Numbered from the stretch's first letter, positions 46,453 through 55,858 are shown. The stretch is 64,000 nucleotides of DNA from Bacteroidales bacterium (GCA_035258345.1 DATEVU010000105.1:4689-68688), one strand, 5' to 3'. The notes: generated from the sequence alone by a model not told the origin. Translations and numbers: made by a program.

Positions 46453-47412
46453 CTAAATCTCCTTCTCAATCTGATACTCATTCCTGTTCGCCGAAGATCT
46501 TGAAACCAGCTCTCCCAGGAATCCGGCAAGAAAAAGTTGTGTACCGATGATCATGGCAGTGAGTCCGATATAAAAATAGGGGCTTTGGGAAACAAGTCTT
46601 GCAGGAACATGCCTGGCCACAGCGATAAGTTTGTCAATCCCCAGGTAAGCAGCCATTCCTAAACCAATAAAAAACATCAGGGTTCCCAGGGTGCCGAAAA
46701 AGTGCATGGGACGACGGCCAAATCTTGATATAAATGAAATGGAAAGCAGGTCGAGGTATCCGTTGATAAACCGTTCGAGGCCGAATTTGGTAGTGCCGTA
46801 TTGTCGCTTGCGGTGTTGCACTACCTTTTCTCCGATAACACGAAACCCGGCCTTTTTTACAATGATGGGAATGTAACGGTGCATTTCACCATATACCTCA
46901 ATGGCTTTAACAACTTCTCCCCGGAAAGCTTTAAGACCGCAGTTGAAGTCATGTATCTTTATTCCGCTGAACCGGCGGGCAGTAAGGTTAAAAATCCTGC
47001 TGGGAATATTTTTAGTAATGGCATTGTCATACCTTTTCTTCTTCCATCCCGACACCAGATCATATCCATCCCTGGTGACCATATTTACCAGATCAGGAAT
47101 TTCCTCCGGACTATCCTGCAGATCGGCGTCCATTGTAATCACTACTTCTCCCTTCAAAGCCTGGAATGCACAATGAAGGGCAGCCGATTTACCGTAATTC
47201 CGGCGAAATTTTATTCCCCTGACAGCCGGATTGGACTGTTGCAGTTCCTCAATAATTTTCCAGGAACCGTCAGTACTTCCGTCATCTACCAGTAAGGCTT
47301 CATACGTGAAATTGTTTTCCTTCATCACACGGTCAATCCATGAAACCAGCTCAGGGAGCGATTCGGCTTCGTTGTAAAGGGGGACAACGACAGAAATAAA
47401 TGGATTTGCCAT
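46453..47412 (-). CDS. Glycosyltransferase family 2, polyprenol-phosphate glycosyltransferase type (GtrB/DPM1-like)
   Basis: ISVVVPLYNE, MDADLQD, and two C-terminal TM helices. ATG 47412 is preferred (MANPF..). Confidence 0.85.
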   Translation of the reverse strand: MANPFISVVVPLYNEAESLPELVSWIDRVMKENNFTYEALLVDDGSTDGSWKIIEELQQSNPAVRGIKFRRNYGKSAALHCAFQALKGEVVITMDADLQDSPEEIPDLVNMVTRDGYDLVSGWKKKRYDNAITKNIPSRIFNLTARRFSGIKIHDFNCGLKAFRGEVVKAIEVYGEMHRYIPIIVKKAGFRVIGEKVVQHRKRQYGTTKFGLERFINGYLDLLSISFISRFGRRPMHFFGTLGTLMFFIGLGMAAYLGIDKLIAVARHVPARLVSQSPYFYIGLTAMIIGTQLFLAGFLGELVSRSSANRNEYQIEKEI

Positions 47413-47431
47413 GTATGAAGCCAATTTAAAC

Positions 47432-47956
47432 CTATGAAAAGGGAGCAGGATCTTTTTTAAGGAATGCGGAGGTAATCAATGAGATAATAAAACCGATCAG
47501 GGTAAAAGTAAGCACACCCACCGGAATCGACCAGGCTGCAGTTAGTCCGTTACGGGTTCTTTCAAGCGCGGCATCAATCTGATTTTCAGGAATGAACCTG
47601 CTGTTTTCGAACTGTTCTTCCATTATCAACATGTATTTATCAACCAGTTCGGGATCGATAAACCGCATCAGAATGAAATTAAAGAAAACGGTAATGATAC
47701 CTACGAAAAATGAAACCAGGATTCCGGTCTTAAGCGCTTTTCCGTAAGTGATAAATCCTCCGGATTCCTTATCGCGGTAAGATTTTGTAGCCAGGTAAAT
47801 GCCAACTATGAGCACAGCATACTGGATAAGGCCGAGAAACCTGTTAAAAGTCGCATCCATCATGTACAACAGGACAATGTAAACCACAAGGGCCAATCCG
47901 ATAATGGCACCATAGGTCATCGCGTATTTCATGATACCCGGTTTATTTTCTTCCAT
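47432..47956 (-). CDS. DUF4199-like small membrane protein
   Basis: 174 aa with 4 TM helices. Its layout, and its position directly upstream of the GtrB-like GT2, match my recollection of DUF4199 genes in Bacteroidota. Confidence 0.6.
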   Translation of the reverse strand: MEENKPGIMKYAMTYGAIIGLALVVYIVLLYMMDATFNRFLGLIQYAVLIVGIYLATKSYRDKESGGFITYGKALKTGILVSFFVGIITVFFNFILMRFIDPELVDKYMLIMEEQFENSRFIPENQIDAALERTRNGLTAAWSIPVGVLTFTLIGFIISLITSAFLKKDPAPFS

Positions 47957-47985
47957 TTGTTTGGGATTAGTGTAGTTTAAGTAAG

Positions 47986-47993
47986 CAAATATA
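47986..47993 (-). promoter_or_regulatory. -7 promoter box TATATTTG (minus strand) for the DUF4199-GT2-GT2 operon
   Basis: The plus strand reads CAAATATA, 30 nt upstream of ATG 47956. Confidence 0.45.
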
Positions 47994-48055
47994 CTGTTTT
48001 ATAAAACGTTCTGCAGATCAGGGGATATTTCCCTTGTAAATATAATAAAAGTTAA

Positions 48056-48063
48056 TAATTTTG
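48056..48063 (+). promoter_or_regulatory. -7 promoter box TAATTTTG for SRP RNA
   Basis: Exact TAnnTTTG. The predicted start about 6 nt downstream coincides with the first base of the terminal SRP RNA helix. Confidence 0.5.
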
Positions 48064-48068
48064 CACCG

Positions 48069-48173
48069 CCGGGTAAGTCTCATACGACCAGCTCCTGCTG
48101 AATCCCCCCAGGTCCGGAAGGAAGCAAGGGTAGGCGGTTGAAGCGGTGCGATATGATCAGCTTGCCCGGTTTT
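48069..48173 (+). ncRNA. ffs: Signal recognition particle RNA (small/4.5S type)
   Basis: The exact conserved domain IV core AGGTCCGGAAGGAAGCA (48110-48126) includes the GGAA tetraloop. The terminal helix CCGGGTAAG (48069-48077) pairs with CTTGCCCGG (48161-48169), followed by TTTTTT. Further pairing CATACG / CGATATG makes a single ~105-nt hairpin with the tetraloop at its centre. Confidence 0.88.
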
Positions 48174-48615
48174 TTACTTCTTCCGGTGCCTGCACGAGTT
48201 CCACCAGCACCCCTTCACTGCAAAGCGGAAACTCATCATTACCTTTCGGATGGATAAAGCAAACATCATAGCCCGATGCGCCCTTTCGTATCCCGCCGGG
48301 CGTAAATCTTACACCCTGTGCTGTAAGCCATTCCACTGCTTTGGGTAGATCGTCAATCCAGAGTCCGATGTGATTTAGCCTGGGATCATGAACCCTGGGC
48401 GATTTTTCAGCATCTACAGGTTGCATGATGTCTACTTCAACGGCAAAGGGGCCATTTCCAATGCGCAAAATGTCCTCATCAACATTTTCCCGTTCACTCC
48501 TGAAAGTGCCTGTTTTTTCCAAACCCATGATATTCACCCAGAAATTCTCTAACCGTGTTTTTGATTCATTACCAATGGCGATTTGCTGAATTCCGATTAC
48601 CCTGAATGGTCTCAT
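48157..48615 (-). CDS. VOC family protein (glyoxalase I / methylmalonyl-CoA epimerase-like)
   Basis: About 150 aa with a paired beta-alpha-beta-beta-beta pattern and metal-ligand-like contexts (QQIAIG.., [14 protein letters not shown]). ATG 48615 is preferred. Confidence 0.7.
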   Translation of the reverse strand: MRPFRVIGIQQIAIGNESKTRLENFWVNIMGLEKTGTFRSERENVDEDILRIGNGPFAVEVDIMQPVDAEKSPRVHDPRLNHIGLWIDDLPKAVEWLTAQGVRFTPGGIRKGASGYDVCFIHPKGNDEFPLCSEGVLVELVQAPEEVKNRAS

Positions 48616-48720
48616 CTTTATTTTTTTTAGTGAAGGCACGAAAATAACTATTTTTTTTATCGTTAAAACCCTTTGGGAAGATTGTTTGGTAGTCGTGGAA
48701 GCGGGTTTCTTAAAAATGGT

Positions 48721-48728
48721 TACTTTTG
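48721..48728 (+). promoter_or_regulatory. -7 promoter box TACTTTTG
   Basis: Exact TAnnTTTG 17 nt before ATG 48745. It lies inside the longer ORF-track model. Confidence 0.45.
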
Positions 48729-48744
48729 GCGAAGATTTCCTGCC

Positions 48745-49512
48745 ATGAAACGTATAATCCGGACGGTTTTAAACATTTTTCCGCGACCCTGGCTGATTCG
48801 TTTCAGCTATGTATTTGTGCCTTTCGCTGCGGTCCTTTACCAGGGCAACAAGGTGGAATGCCCGGTATGTGGCGGAAAGTTCAGCAAGTTCCTACCTTAT
48901 GGATACAACCGGGTAAGGGAAAATGTACTTTGTCCGGGATGTCTGTCATTGGAGCGGCACAGGTTGCTCTGGCTCTATATGAAAGACCGGACCGGTGTTT
49001 TTACTGAGAAACTAAAGGTGCTGCATATTGCTCCTGAACAATGCTTTTATAAACGGTTCCGCAATATGAAAAACCTCACCTATGTGACTGCTGATCTTGA
49101 ATCGCCACTGGCCGATGTTAAACTGGATGTGCAGGATATGCCATTTGGCGATGGGGAGTTTGACGTTGTGATCTGTAACCATGTTCTGGAACATGTCCCC
49201 GATGACCGCAAGGCGTTGCTGGAAATATACAGGGTGCTTAAAACAGGCGGATTTGCTCTGTTGCAGGTGCCTACCAACTATGGTGTGGAAAAAACATACG
49301 AAGATGCTTCAGTTACCGATCCTTCCGATCGTGAAAAGCACTTCCGGCAAAAGGATCATTACCGCCTGTATGGCAGGGATTATCTCGATAGAATAAGAAA
49401 AACAGGATTTGTCATTAACGAAGATAACTACCTGTTGGGAATTGATGAAGAAAAAAGGCAGCGATTCAGGTTGCCTGAAATGGAATATATGTATGGATAT
49501 TATAAAGGTTAA
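48745..49512 (+). CDS. Class I SAM-dependent methyltransferase with an N-terminal zinc-ribbon-like motif
   Basis: CPVCGG..(18)..CPGC followed by a methyltransferase core ([22 protein letters not shown]). Confidence 0.8.
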   Translation: MKRIIRTVLNIFPRPWLIRFSYVFVPFAAVLYQGNKVECPVCGGKFSKFLPYGYNRVRENVLCPGCLSLERHRLLWLYMKDRTGVFTEKLKVLHIAPEQCFYKRFRNMKNLTYVTADLESPLADVKLDVQDMPFGDGEFDVVICNHVLEHVPDDRKALLEIYRVLKTGGFALLQVPTNYGVEKTYEDASVTDPSDREKHFRQKDHYRLYGRDYLDRIRKTGFVINEDNYLLGIDEEKRQRFRLPEMEYMYGYYKG

Positions 49513-49595
49513 AGACTTATTGCAAGAATATCAATATACTAATGAAATTGAAATTGAAAATATTTGTAAATACACTATATTTTTTTAAAAGATTA

Positions 49596-49625
49596 TTTGA
49601 ATAATCATTTAATTCTCTATATTTG
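49596..49625 (+). promoter_or_regulatory. Promoter of the ilv leader: -33 TTTG and -7 TATATTTG
   Basis: TTTG at 49596-49599 and TATATTTG at 49618-49625 with an 18-nt spacer. The leader ATG follows 15 nt later. Confidence 0.55.
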
Positions 49626-49639
49626 CCCAAAATAAAAAC

Positions 49640-49705
49640 ATGAGAAATATCATCATTATTGTGAATCTCTTTGTCCTCGTTGTGGTGCTTAACAAACCGA
49701 GGTGA
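49640..49705 (+). CDS. ilv leader peptide (21 aa, MRNIIIIVNLFVLVVVLNKPR)
   Basis: ATG..TGA ORF with 12 of 21 codons for Ile/Val/Leu, including IIII and VVV runs. It sits between a consensus promoter and a strong terminator directly upstream of ilvD. Confidence 0.65.
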   Translation: MRNIIIIVNLFVLVVVLNKPR

Positions 49706-49735
49706 GGATGGTTTAACCTATAATGAACAAAATAG

Positions 49736-49766
49736 AGCCATTCTTACCGAAGAGAATGGCTTTTTT
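49736..49766 (+). terminator. Attenuator terminator upstream of ilvD
   Basis: AGCCATTCTT (49736-49745) pairs with AGAGAATGGCT (49751-49761) for 9 Watson-Crick pairs plus 1 G-U, followed by TTTTTT. The ilvD ATG is at 49805. Confidence 0.8.
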
Positions 49767-49804
49767 AGTTTAAAACTATTTTTGTCATACTATGAATTTC
49801 AACT

Positions 49805-51634
49805 ATGAAAATTAAGCTGAGAAGTGCCACCTCTACCGAAGGACGCAGAATGGCCGGAGCCCGCAGCCTCTGGCGTGCAGCGGGCATGCATGAGGACCAG
49901 ATAGGCAAGCCCATTATAGCCATAGTCAATTCCTTTACACAGTTTGTACCGGGACATACCCATCTTCACATGATCGGACAGGAGGTGAAGGCCATTATTG
50001 AAAAGGAAGGATGCTATGCGGCGGAATTCAATACCATTGCTGTGGATGACGGTATAGCCATGGGACATGACGGCATGTTGTATTCCCTTCCTTCGCGTGA
50101 TCTCATTGCCGACAGTGTTGAATATATGTGCAACGCCCATACCGTGGACGGCATGATCTGCATCAGCAATTGTGATAAAATTACTCCCGGGATGCTTATG
50201 GCTGCCATGCGATTGAACATCCCGGCTGTGTTTGTTTCAGGTGGGCCAATGGAAGCCGGTACAGTTGGTTCCAAAAAGTATGACCTTGTTGATGCCATGG
50301 TTATGGCTGCCGATGATTCCGTATCTGATGATGAGCTTGCGGTGGTGGAACAACAGGCATGTCCTACCTGTGGCTCCTGTTCGGGAATGTTCACGGCCAA
50401 TTCCATGAATTGTCTGAATGAGGCCATAGGACTTGCTTTACCAGGAAACGGTACCATCGTTGCCACACATAAGAACCGCACGCGGCTGTTTGAAAAAGCC
50501 GCCAGACAAATTGTCACCAATACCAAAAAATATTATGATGAAGGCGACACATCGGTTTTACCCCGTTCCATAGCCACCCGGTCAGCCTTCATGAATGCCA
50601 TGGCCCTGGATATAGCTATGGGCGGATCCACCAATACCGTTCTTCATCTGTTGGCCATTGCCCATGAGGCCGGAGTTGATTTCACCATGAAAGATATCGA
50701 TGCCCTGTCACGCAAAATACCCGTTCTGTGCAAAGTAGCACCAAGTTCGGCTTACCATGTTGAAGACGTTAACCGTGCCGGCGGTATTCTGGCCATCATG
50801 GGTGAGCTGGAGCGTGCCGGACTTATTGATAAAGGTGTAAAAAGAACCGATTTGCTCACCTTGGGTGAAGCTATCGAACATTATGACATCAGTCTTCAGA
50901 CCGCCATACCCGAAGCACGGGAAATATTTGCAAGCGCTCCTGCCGGTATTAAGAACCTTAAAATGGGCAGCCAGGGTGTTATGTTCAAAGAACCCGATCT
51001 TGACAGGGAAACCGGTTGTATACGTGATCTTGCACATTGTTATTTTAAAGATGGCGGGCTTGCTATTCTTTACGGAAATATTGCACGTGACGGATGTGTG
51101 GTTAAAACAGCCGGGGTGGATCCATCCATTTTCAATTTCAAAGGTACAGCGCGGGTATATGAATCACAGGATGATGCCTGCGACGGTATCCTCGAAGGAA
51201 GGGTAAGGGCCGGTGATGTGGTTGTGATCTGTTACGAAGGTCCCAAAGGTGGTCCCGGTATGCAGGAAATGCTTTATCCCACTTCTTATATCAAGTCAAA
51301 AGGTCTGGGTAAAAGTTGTGCCCTGCTTACCGACGGCAGATTTTCGGGTGGTACATCGGGATTGTCCATCGGCCATGTTTCACCGGAGGCAGCTGCCGGA
51401 GGAGAAATCGGTTTGTTAAAGGACGGTGACCGTATTGAAATAGATATTCCATCCAGGTCGGTGAATGTTGTGCTCCCGCAGGGGGAGCTTGACAAACGCA
51501 AACAAAAAGAGGCCGGGAGGGGTGATAAGGCCTTTACTCCTGCCAGCCGCAACAGACGGATTTCACAAGCACTGAAAGCTTATGCCAGGATGGTTACATC
51601 AGCAGACAAGGGAGCCATAAGGGAAGTGATATAG
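49805..51634 (+). CDS. ilvD: Dihydroxy-acid dehydratase
   Basis: 609 aa with conserved [31 protein letters not shown] and [16 protein letters not shown]. Confidence 0.95.
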   Translation: MKIKLRSATSTEGRRMAGARSLWRAAGMHEDQIGKPIIAIVNSFTQFVPGHTHLHMIGQEVKAIIEKEGCYAAEFNTIAVDDGIAMGHDGMLYSLPSRDLIADSVEYMCNAHTVDGMICISNCDKITPGMLMAAMRLNIPAVFVSGGPMEAGTVGSKKYDLVDAMVMAADDSVSDDELAVVEQQACPTCGSCSGMFTANSMNCLNEAIGLALPGNGTIVATHKNRTRLFEKAARQIVTNTKKYYDEGDTSVLPRSIATRSAFMNAMALDIAMGGSTNTVLHLLAIAHEAGVDFTMKDIDALSRKIPVLCKVAPSSAYHVEDVNRAGGILAIMGELERAGLIDKGVKRTDLLTLGEAIEHYDISLQTAIPEAREIFASAPAGIKNLKMGSQGVMFKEPDLDRETGCIRDLAHCYFKDGGLAILYGNIARDGCVVKTAGVDPSIFNFKGTARVYESQDDACDGILEGRVRAGDVVVICYEGPKGGPGMQEMLYPTSYIKSKGLGKSCALLTDGRFSGGTSGLSIGHVSPEAAAGGEIGLLKDGDRIEIDIPSRSVNVVLPQGELDKRKQKEAGRGDKAFTPASRNRRISQALKAYARMVTSADKGAIREVI

Positions 51635-51703
51635 AACCGGTTTGTTGATTTCAGGTAGTTTTTTAACAAAATTGATTTTCAACATTTACTTTAATTTCCA
51701 GTC

Positions 51704-53446
51704 ATGAAAGCAACAAAAGAAATAGAAACCATAACCGATATACCAAAGAAAGTAAGGATTACCGGCGCTGAAGCCATGATGCTCAGCCTGATCAACGAAG
51801 GGGTTGATACAATCTTCGGATATCCCGGCGGTGCAATCATGCCAGCTTATGATGCACTGATGAACTATCCTGATCAACTAAGGCATATTCTTACTCGTCA
51901 TGAACAGGGTGCTGTTCATGCTGCCCAGGGATATGCCAGGGTCACCGGAAAGGTAGGGGTTTGCATGGCTACATCAGGGCCCGGGGCCACCAACCTGATC
52001 ACGGGTATCGCCGACGCACTGATCGATTCAACTCCACTTGTGTGCATAACCGGCCAGGTGTCGGCAGGACTGCTGGGTACGGATGCCTTTCAGGAAACCG
52101 ATGTTATTGGTATATCCATGCCTGTTACCAAATGGAATTTTCTGGTTACACGGCCCGAAGAAATACCGGAAATCATGGCACAGGCATTTTATATTGCACG
52201 ATCCGGCCGTCCGGGCCCGGTACTTATCGATATTACTAAAAACGCACAGTTTGGCAAACTTGACTTCATGTATCGCAAATGCATAAAGCTGCGCAGTTAT
52301 GTTCCTTTTCCCAAGATCGACGTTGAAAGTATAAAGGACGCTGCAGTTCTTATCAATAAAGCAAAGAAACCTTATATACTGGTTGGACAAGGTGTTATTC
52401 TGGGCAATGCTGAAAGCGAATTTAAAACTTTTGTGGAGAAGTCAGGAATTCCGGTTGCCTGGACAATCCTGGGAGCATGTGCCCTTCCCAAGGAGCATCC
52501 GCTCAACGTGGGAATGCTGGGTATGCACGGGAATTATTCAACCAATATTAACACCAATAAATGTGATCTGCTGATTGGCATAGGCATGCGGTTTGACGAC
52601 CGGGTCACCGGCGATGTTTCCAGGTATGCCAAACAGGCAAAGATCATTCATCTGGAAATTGATAAGGCCGAAATAAATAAAGTAGTGTGTGTGGATGTTG
52701 CTGTTCACGGTGATGTCAAAGAAACGTTGCCTTTACTGACCGGTTTGATTGAAAAAAGAACACATGAATCCTGGTTAAATGAATTCAAGGAAGCCGATAA
52801 AATTGAATATGAAAAAGTAATAAAAAAAGACCTTCATCCGGAAAAGCCCGGACTTACTATGAGCGAGGTAATTCATATTATTAATATAAAAACAAAAGGA
52901 GATGCCATTGCCGTTACCGATGTAGGTCAGCATCAGATGTTTGCATCGCGGTATTTTAATTTTAAGAATGCCCGCAGTTTTGTCACCTCAGGCGGTCTCG
53001 GAACTATGGGCTTTGGTTTGCCCGCAGCCCATGGAGCCAAAATAGGAGCCCCGGATAAACAGGTTATTCTGTTTGTCGGTGATGGTGGTTTCCAGATGAC
53101 GATCCAGGAATTGGGTACAATTAATCAGACACAGGCAGCAGTGAAAATCGTTCTGCTTAACAATAAGTATCTTGGCATGGTACGCCAGTGGCAAGAACTA
53201 TTCTTTGAAAAACGATATTCCGAGACTTACCTGTTAAACCCCGATTTTATAAAAGTGGCCGAAGGTTTTGGGATAAGGGGTAGGAAAGTACTGGAACGTC
53301 CGGAGCTGGATGCAGCCATACAGGAAATGCTTGATTTTGACGGACCATACCTGCTTGAAGTATCCATTGAAAAAGAAGACAACGTTTTCCCCATGGTAGC
53401 CTCCGGCGCAGCAGTGTCAGACGTGATTCTTGAACCTAAAAATTAA
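51704..53446 (+). CDS. ilvB: Acetolactate synthase, large subunit
   Basis: 580 aa with N-terminal GAEAMMLSLINEGVDTIFGYPGGA and TPP motif GDGGFQMTIQELGT. Confidence 0.95.
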   Translation: MKATKEIETITDIPKKVRITGAEAMMLSLINEGVDTIFGYPGGAIMPAYDALMNYPDQLRHILTRHEQGAVHAAQGYARVTGKVGVCMATSGPGATNLITGIADALIDSTPLVCITGQVSAGLLGTDAFQETDVIGISMPVTKWNFLVTRPEEIPEIMAQAFYIARSGRPGPVLIDITKNAQFGKLDFMYRKCIKLRSYVPFPKIDVESIKDAAVLINKAKKPYILVGQGVILGNAESEFKTFVEKSGIPVAWTILGACALPKEHPLNVGMLGMHGNYSTNINTNKCDLLIGIGMRFDDRVTGDVSRYAKQAKIIHLEIDKAEINKVVCVDVAVHGDVKETLPLLTGLIEKRTHESWLNEFKEADKIEYEKVIKKDLHPEKPGLTMSEVIHIINIKTKGDAIAVTDVGQHQMFASRYFNFKNARSFVTSGGLGTMGFGLPAAHGAKIGAPDKQVILFVGDGGFQMTIQELGTINQTQAAVKIVLLNNKYLGMVRQWQELFFEKRYSETYLLNPDFIKVAEGFGIRGRKVLERPELDAAIQEMLDFDGPYLLEVSIEKEDNVFPMVASGAAVSDVILEPKN

Positions 53447-53452
53447 GTAGAG

Positions 53453-54034
53453 ATGGCAATAGAAAACAAATTAAACGGACATAATGGCAATGGAAAATGT
53501 GAGTTTACCATTTCAGCCTTTTCTGAGAACCATATCGGTTTACTGAACCGCATCACCATTATATTTACGCGCCGGCTTGTGAATATTGAAAGTCTTACTG
53601 TATCGGGCTCCGCAATACCGGGAATTCATAAATTTACCATCGTAGTGAACGATACACCTGCGAAGGTGGAAAAGGTGGTGAACCAGATTGAGAAACTGGT
53701 TGAGGTCCTCAAAGTTTTCAGTCATACCGAAGATGAAGTGATCCATCAGGAAATAGCTTTGTATAAAGTGCCTACAAAGGCTCTGTTGGATGGCAATAAG
53801 CTTGAGGAAACCATCAGGTTGCATCATGCCCATATTCTTGAAGTGAGGCCGGAATATACAGTGATTGAGCTCACCGGGCATAAAGAAGAAACTCAGGCTT
53901 TATTTGATGAATTGAACAATTATGGTCTTTTACAGTTTACCCGTTCGGGCAGAATTGCTGTTACAAAGTCAAGTAAAGAATTGTTTACCAGCTATCTGCA
54001 AGGAGCAGGTGAAAATACGGTTGAATACGATTAA
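53453..54034 (+). CDS. ilvN: Acetolactate synthase, small (regulatory) subunit
   Basis: An ACT-domain-like N-terminal half (FTISAFSENHIGLLNRITIIFTRRLVNIESL) directly follows ilvB. Confidence 0.88.
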   Translation: MAIENKLNGHNGNGKCEFTISAFSENHIGLLNRITIIFTRRLVNIESLTVSGSAIPGIHKFTIVVNDTPAKVEKVVNQIEKLVEVLKVFSHTEDEVIHQEIALYKVPTKALLDGNKLEETIRLHHAHILEVRPEYTVIELTGHKEETQALFDELNNYGLLQFTRSGRIAVTKSSKELFTSYLQGAGENTVEYD

Positions 54035-54062
54035 TCATTAACTATTTAATATTTAGTAAATT

Positions 54063-55112
54063 ATGGCAAAAATTAATTTTGGCGGTGTTGTCGAAGACGT
54101 TATAACGCGCGAGGAATTTCCCCTGAAAAAAGCGCAGGAAATACTTAAAAACGAATTGGTTGCAGTTATCGGGTACGGTGTACAGGGCCCTGCCCAGGCA
54201 TTAAACATGAAGGAAAACGGCATTCACGTAATCATTGGACAGGCTCCTGAGTTTAAGTCCGACTGGGACAAGGCAGTTAAGGACGGATGGGTGCCCGGTG
54301 AAACGTTGTTTCCCGTTGAAGAAGCTGCCACCCGGGGAACAATTATTCAGTACCTGGTTTCCGATGCCGCACAACGTACTATCTGGCCCAAACTTAAACC
54401 ATGCCTGAAAAAGGGAGATGCCTTGTATTTTTCGCATGGTTTTTCAATTACCTATAAAGAGCAAACCGGCGTGGTTCCGCCTGCCGATGTGGATGTTATC
54501 CTCGTGGCACCGAAAGGTTCTGGTACCAGTGTAAGACGAAACTTCCTGGCCGGAGCCGGCATCAACTCAAGTTTTGCCATTTTTCAGGATTACACCAAAC
54601 GGGCCACCGAACGCGCATTGGCTATCGGAATAGCGATCGGCTCAGGTTATCTTTTCCCTACTACTTTTGAAAATGAAGTATTCAGCGACCTTACCGGCGA
54701 ACGTGGTGTTTTAATGGGAGCCCTCGCCGGTATTATGGATGCCCAGTACCAGGTACTTCGGCAACATGGTCACAGTCCCAGTGAAGCATTTAACGAAACC
54801 GTTGAGGAACTCACACAAAGCCTCATCCGGTTAGTAGATGAAAACGGTATGGACTGGATGTACTCGAATTGCAGTGCAACGGCACAGCGCGGTGCACTCG
54901 ACTGGAGACCCAAATTCCGCGATGCTACACTTCCGGTATTTAACGACTTGTACAATAAGGTAAAATCGGGTGCTGAAACTACCCGGGTTCTCGATTCCAC
55001 CGGTATGTCCAACTACAGGGAACTGCTTGAGATCGAACTCAAGGAGCTCCGTGAATCAGAAATGTGGCAGGCAGGGCAACAGGTCAGGAATTTACGGCCC
55101 AAAACGAAATAG
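54063..55112 (+). CDS. ilvC: Ketol-acid reductoisomerase
   Basis: 349 aa with Rossmann motif VIGYGVQGPAQALN and conserved FSHGF and SDLTGERG. Confidence 0.95.
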   Translation: MAKINFGGVVEDVITREEFPLKKAQEILKNELVAVIGYGVQGPAQALNMKENGIHVIIGQAPEFKSDWDKAVKDGWVPGETLFPVEEAATRGTIIQYLVSDAAQRTIWPKLKPCLKKGDALYFSHGFSITYKEQTGVVPPADVDVILVAPKGSGTSVRRNFLAGAGINSSFAIFQDYTKRATERALAIGIAIGSGYLFPTTFENEVFSDLTGERGVLMGALAGIMDAQYQVLRQHGHSPSEAFNETVEELTQSLIRLVDENGMDWMYSNCSATAQRGALDWRPKFRDATLPVFNDLYNKVKSGAETTRVLDSTGMSNYRELLEIELKELRESEMWQAGQQVRNLRPKTK

Positions 55113-55216
55113 TGAATAGTGACGGGTGACGGGTGACAAGTGACGGGTGGGTTTGTACATGGGTTCTGAGACTTGTCCCTTGTCCCTTGTCCCTTGTCCC
55201 TTGTCCCTAGTCCCTC
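55108..55216 (+). repeat. Two opposed heptanucleotide arrays forming a long imperfect hairpin
   Basis: Left array: AATAGTG x2, ACGGGTG x2, ACAAGTG, ACGGGTG (55108-55149, and the first unit contains the ilvC TAG). Right array: CTTGTCC x5 plus CTAGTCC plus CTC (55172-55216), ending at the rhomboid ATG (55217). Confidence 0.85.
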
Positions 55217-55858
55217 ATGCCAACTGAAACCAGCATTGAATATCGTAGGTTCATCCTGAGCCTGATCCCCCCTGCTATCATAATTCTTGTTTTATGGCTG
55301 GTTAGAATTGTTGAGGTTGCGGATGGACTTGACCTGTTTTATTTTGGTATTTTTCCCCGCAGAATAAACGGATTGCCTGGCATCCTGGCATCCCCTTTCA
55401 TTCATGCGAATTTTAATCATCTCATCAACAACTCTGTTCCCTTCTTTTCTCTTTTATCGGCTATTTTTTATTTCTACCACAAGGTCGCCTGGAAGGTTTT
55501 GCTGGTTTCCTATGTCGCCACAGGCGTGTTGGTTTGGTTCCTCGCAAGATCATCCTATCATATAGGTGCCAGCGGACTGGTGTATAGTTTTGCATCTTTC
55601 GTGTTTTTCAGCGGAATTGTAAGACGAAACATTAACCTCCTGGCAATTTCCATGCTGGTGATATTCCTTTATGGCAGTATGGTCTGGGGGATTTTCCCCT
55701 ACCGGCCCGACATGTCATGGGAATCCCACCTGATCGGACTTGCCATAGGTGCCTTGCTGGCTATTTATTACAGGCATGAAGGTCCCATACCAACCAAATT
55801 CATCAGTGATATGGAGGAGGAGGAAACAGATGAGGATGCCGGTAATTCAAATAGCTGA
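55217..55858 (+). CDS. Rhomboid family intramembrane serine protease
   Basis: 6 TM helices, catalytic Ser in HIGASGLVY, downstream His in ESHLIGLAIG, and an acidic C-terminal tail. Confidence 0.85.
   Translation: MPTETSIEYRRFILSLIPPAIIILVLWLVRIVEVADGLDLFYFGIFPRRINGLPGILASPFIHANFNHLINNSVPFFSLLSAIFYFYHKVAWKVLLVSYVATGVLVWFLARSSYHIGASGLVYSFASFVFFSGIVRRNINLLAISMLVIFLYGSMVWGIFPYRPDMSWESHLIGLAIGALLAIYYRHEGPIPTKFISDMEEEETDEDAGNSNS

Noticed and set aside
55113-55216. The heptamer arrays read as a protein-coding low-complexity region or as a classical intrinsic terminator
   Set aside because: Stops occur in all frames within the left array. No U tract follows the helix, and the right arm runs straight into the rhomboid ATG. 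I kept it as a structured repeat element instead.
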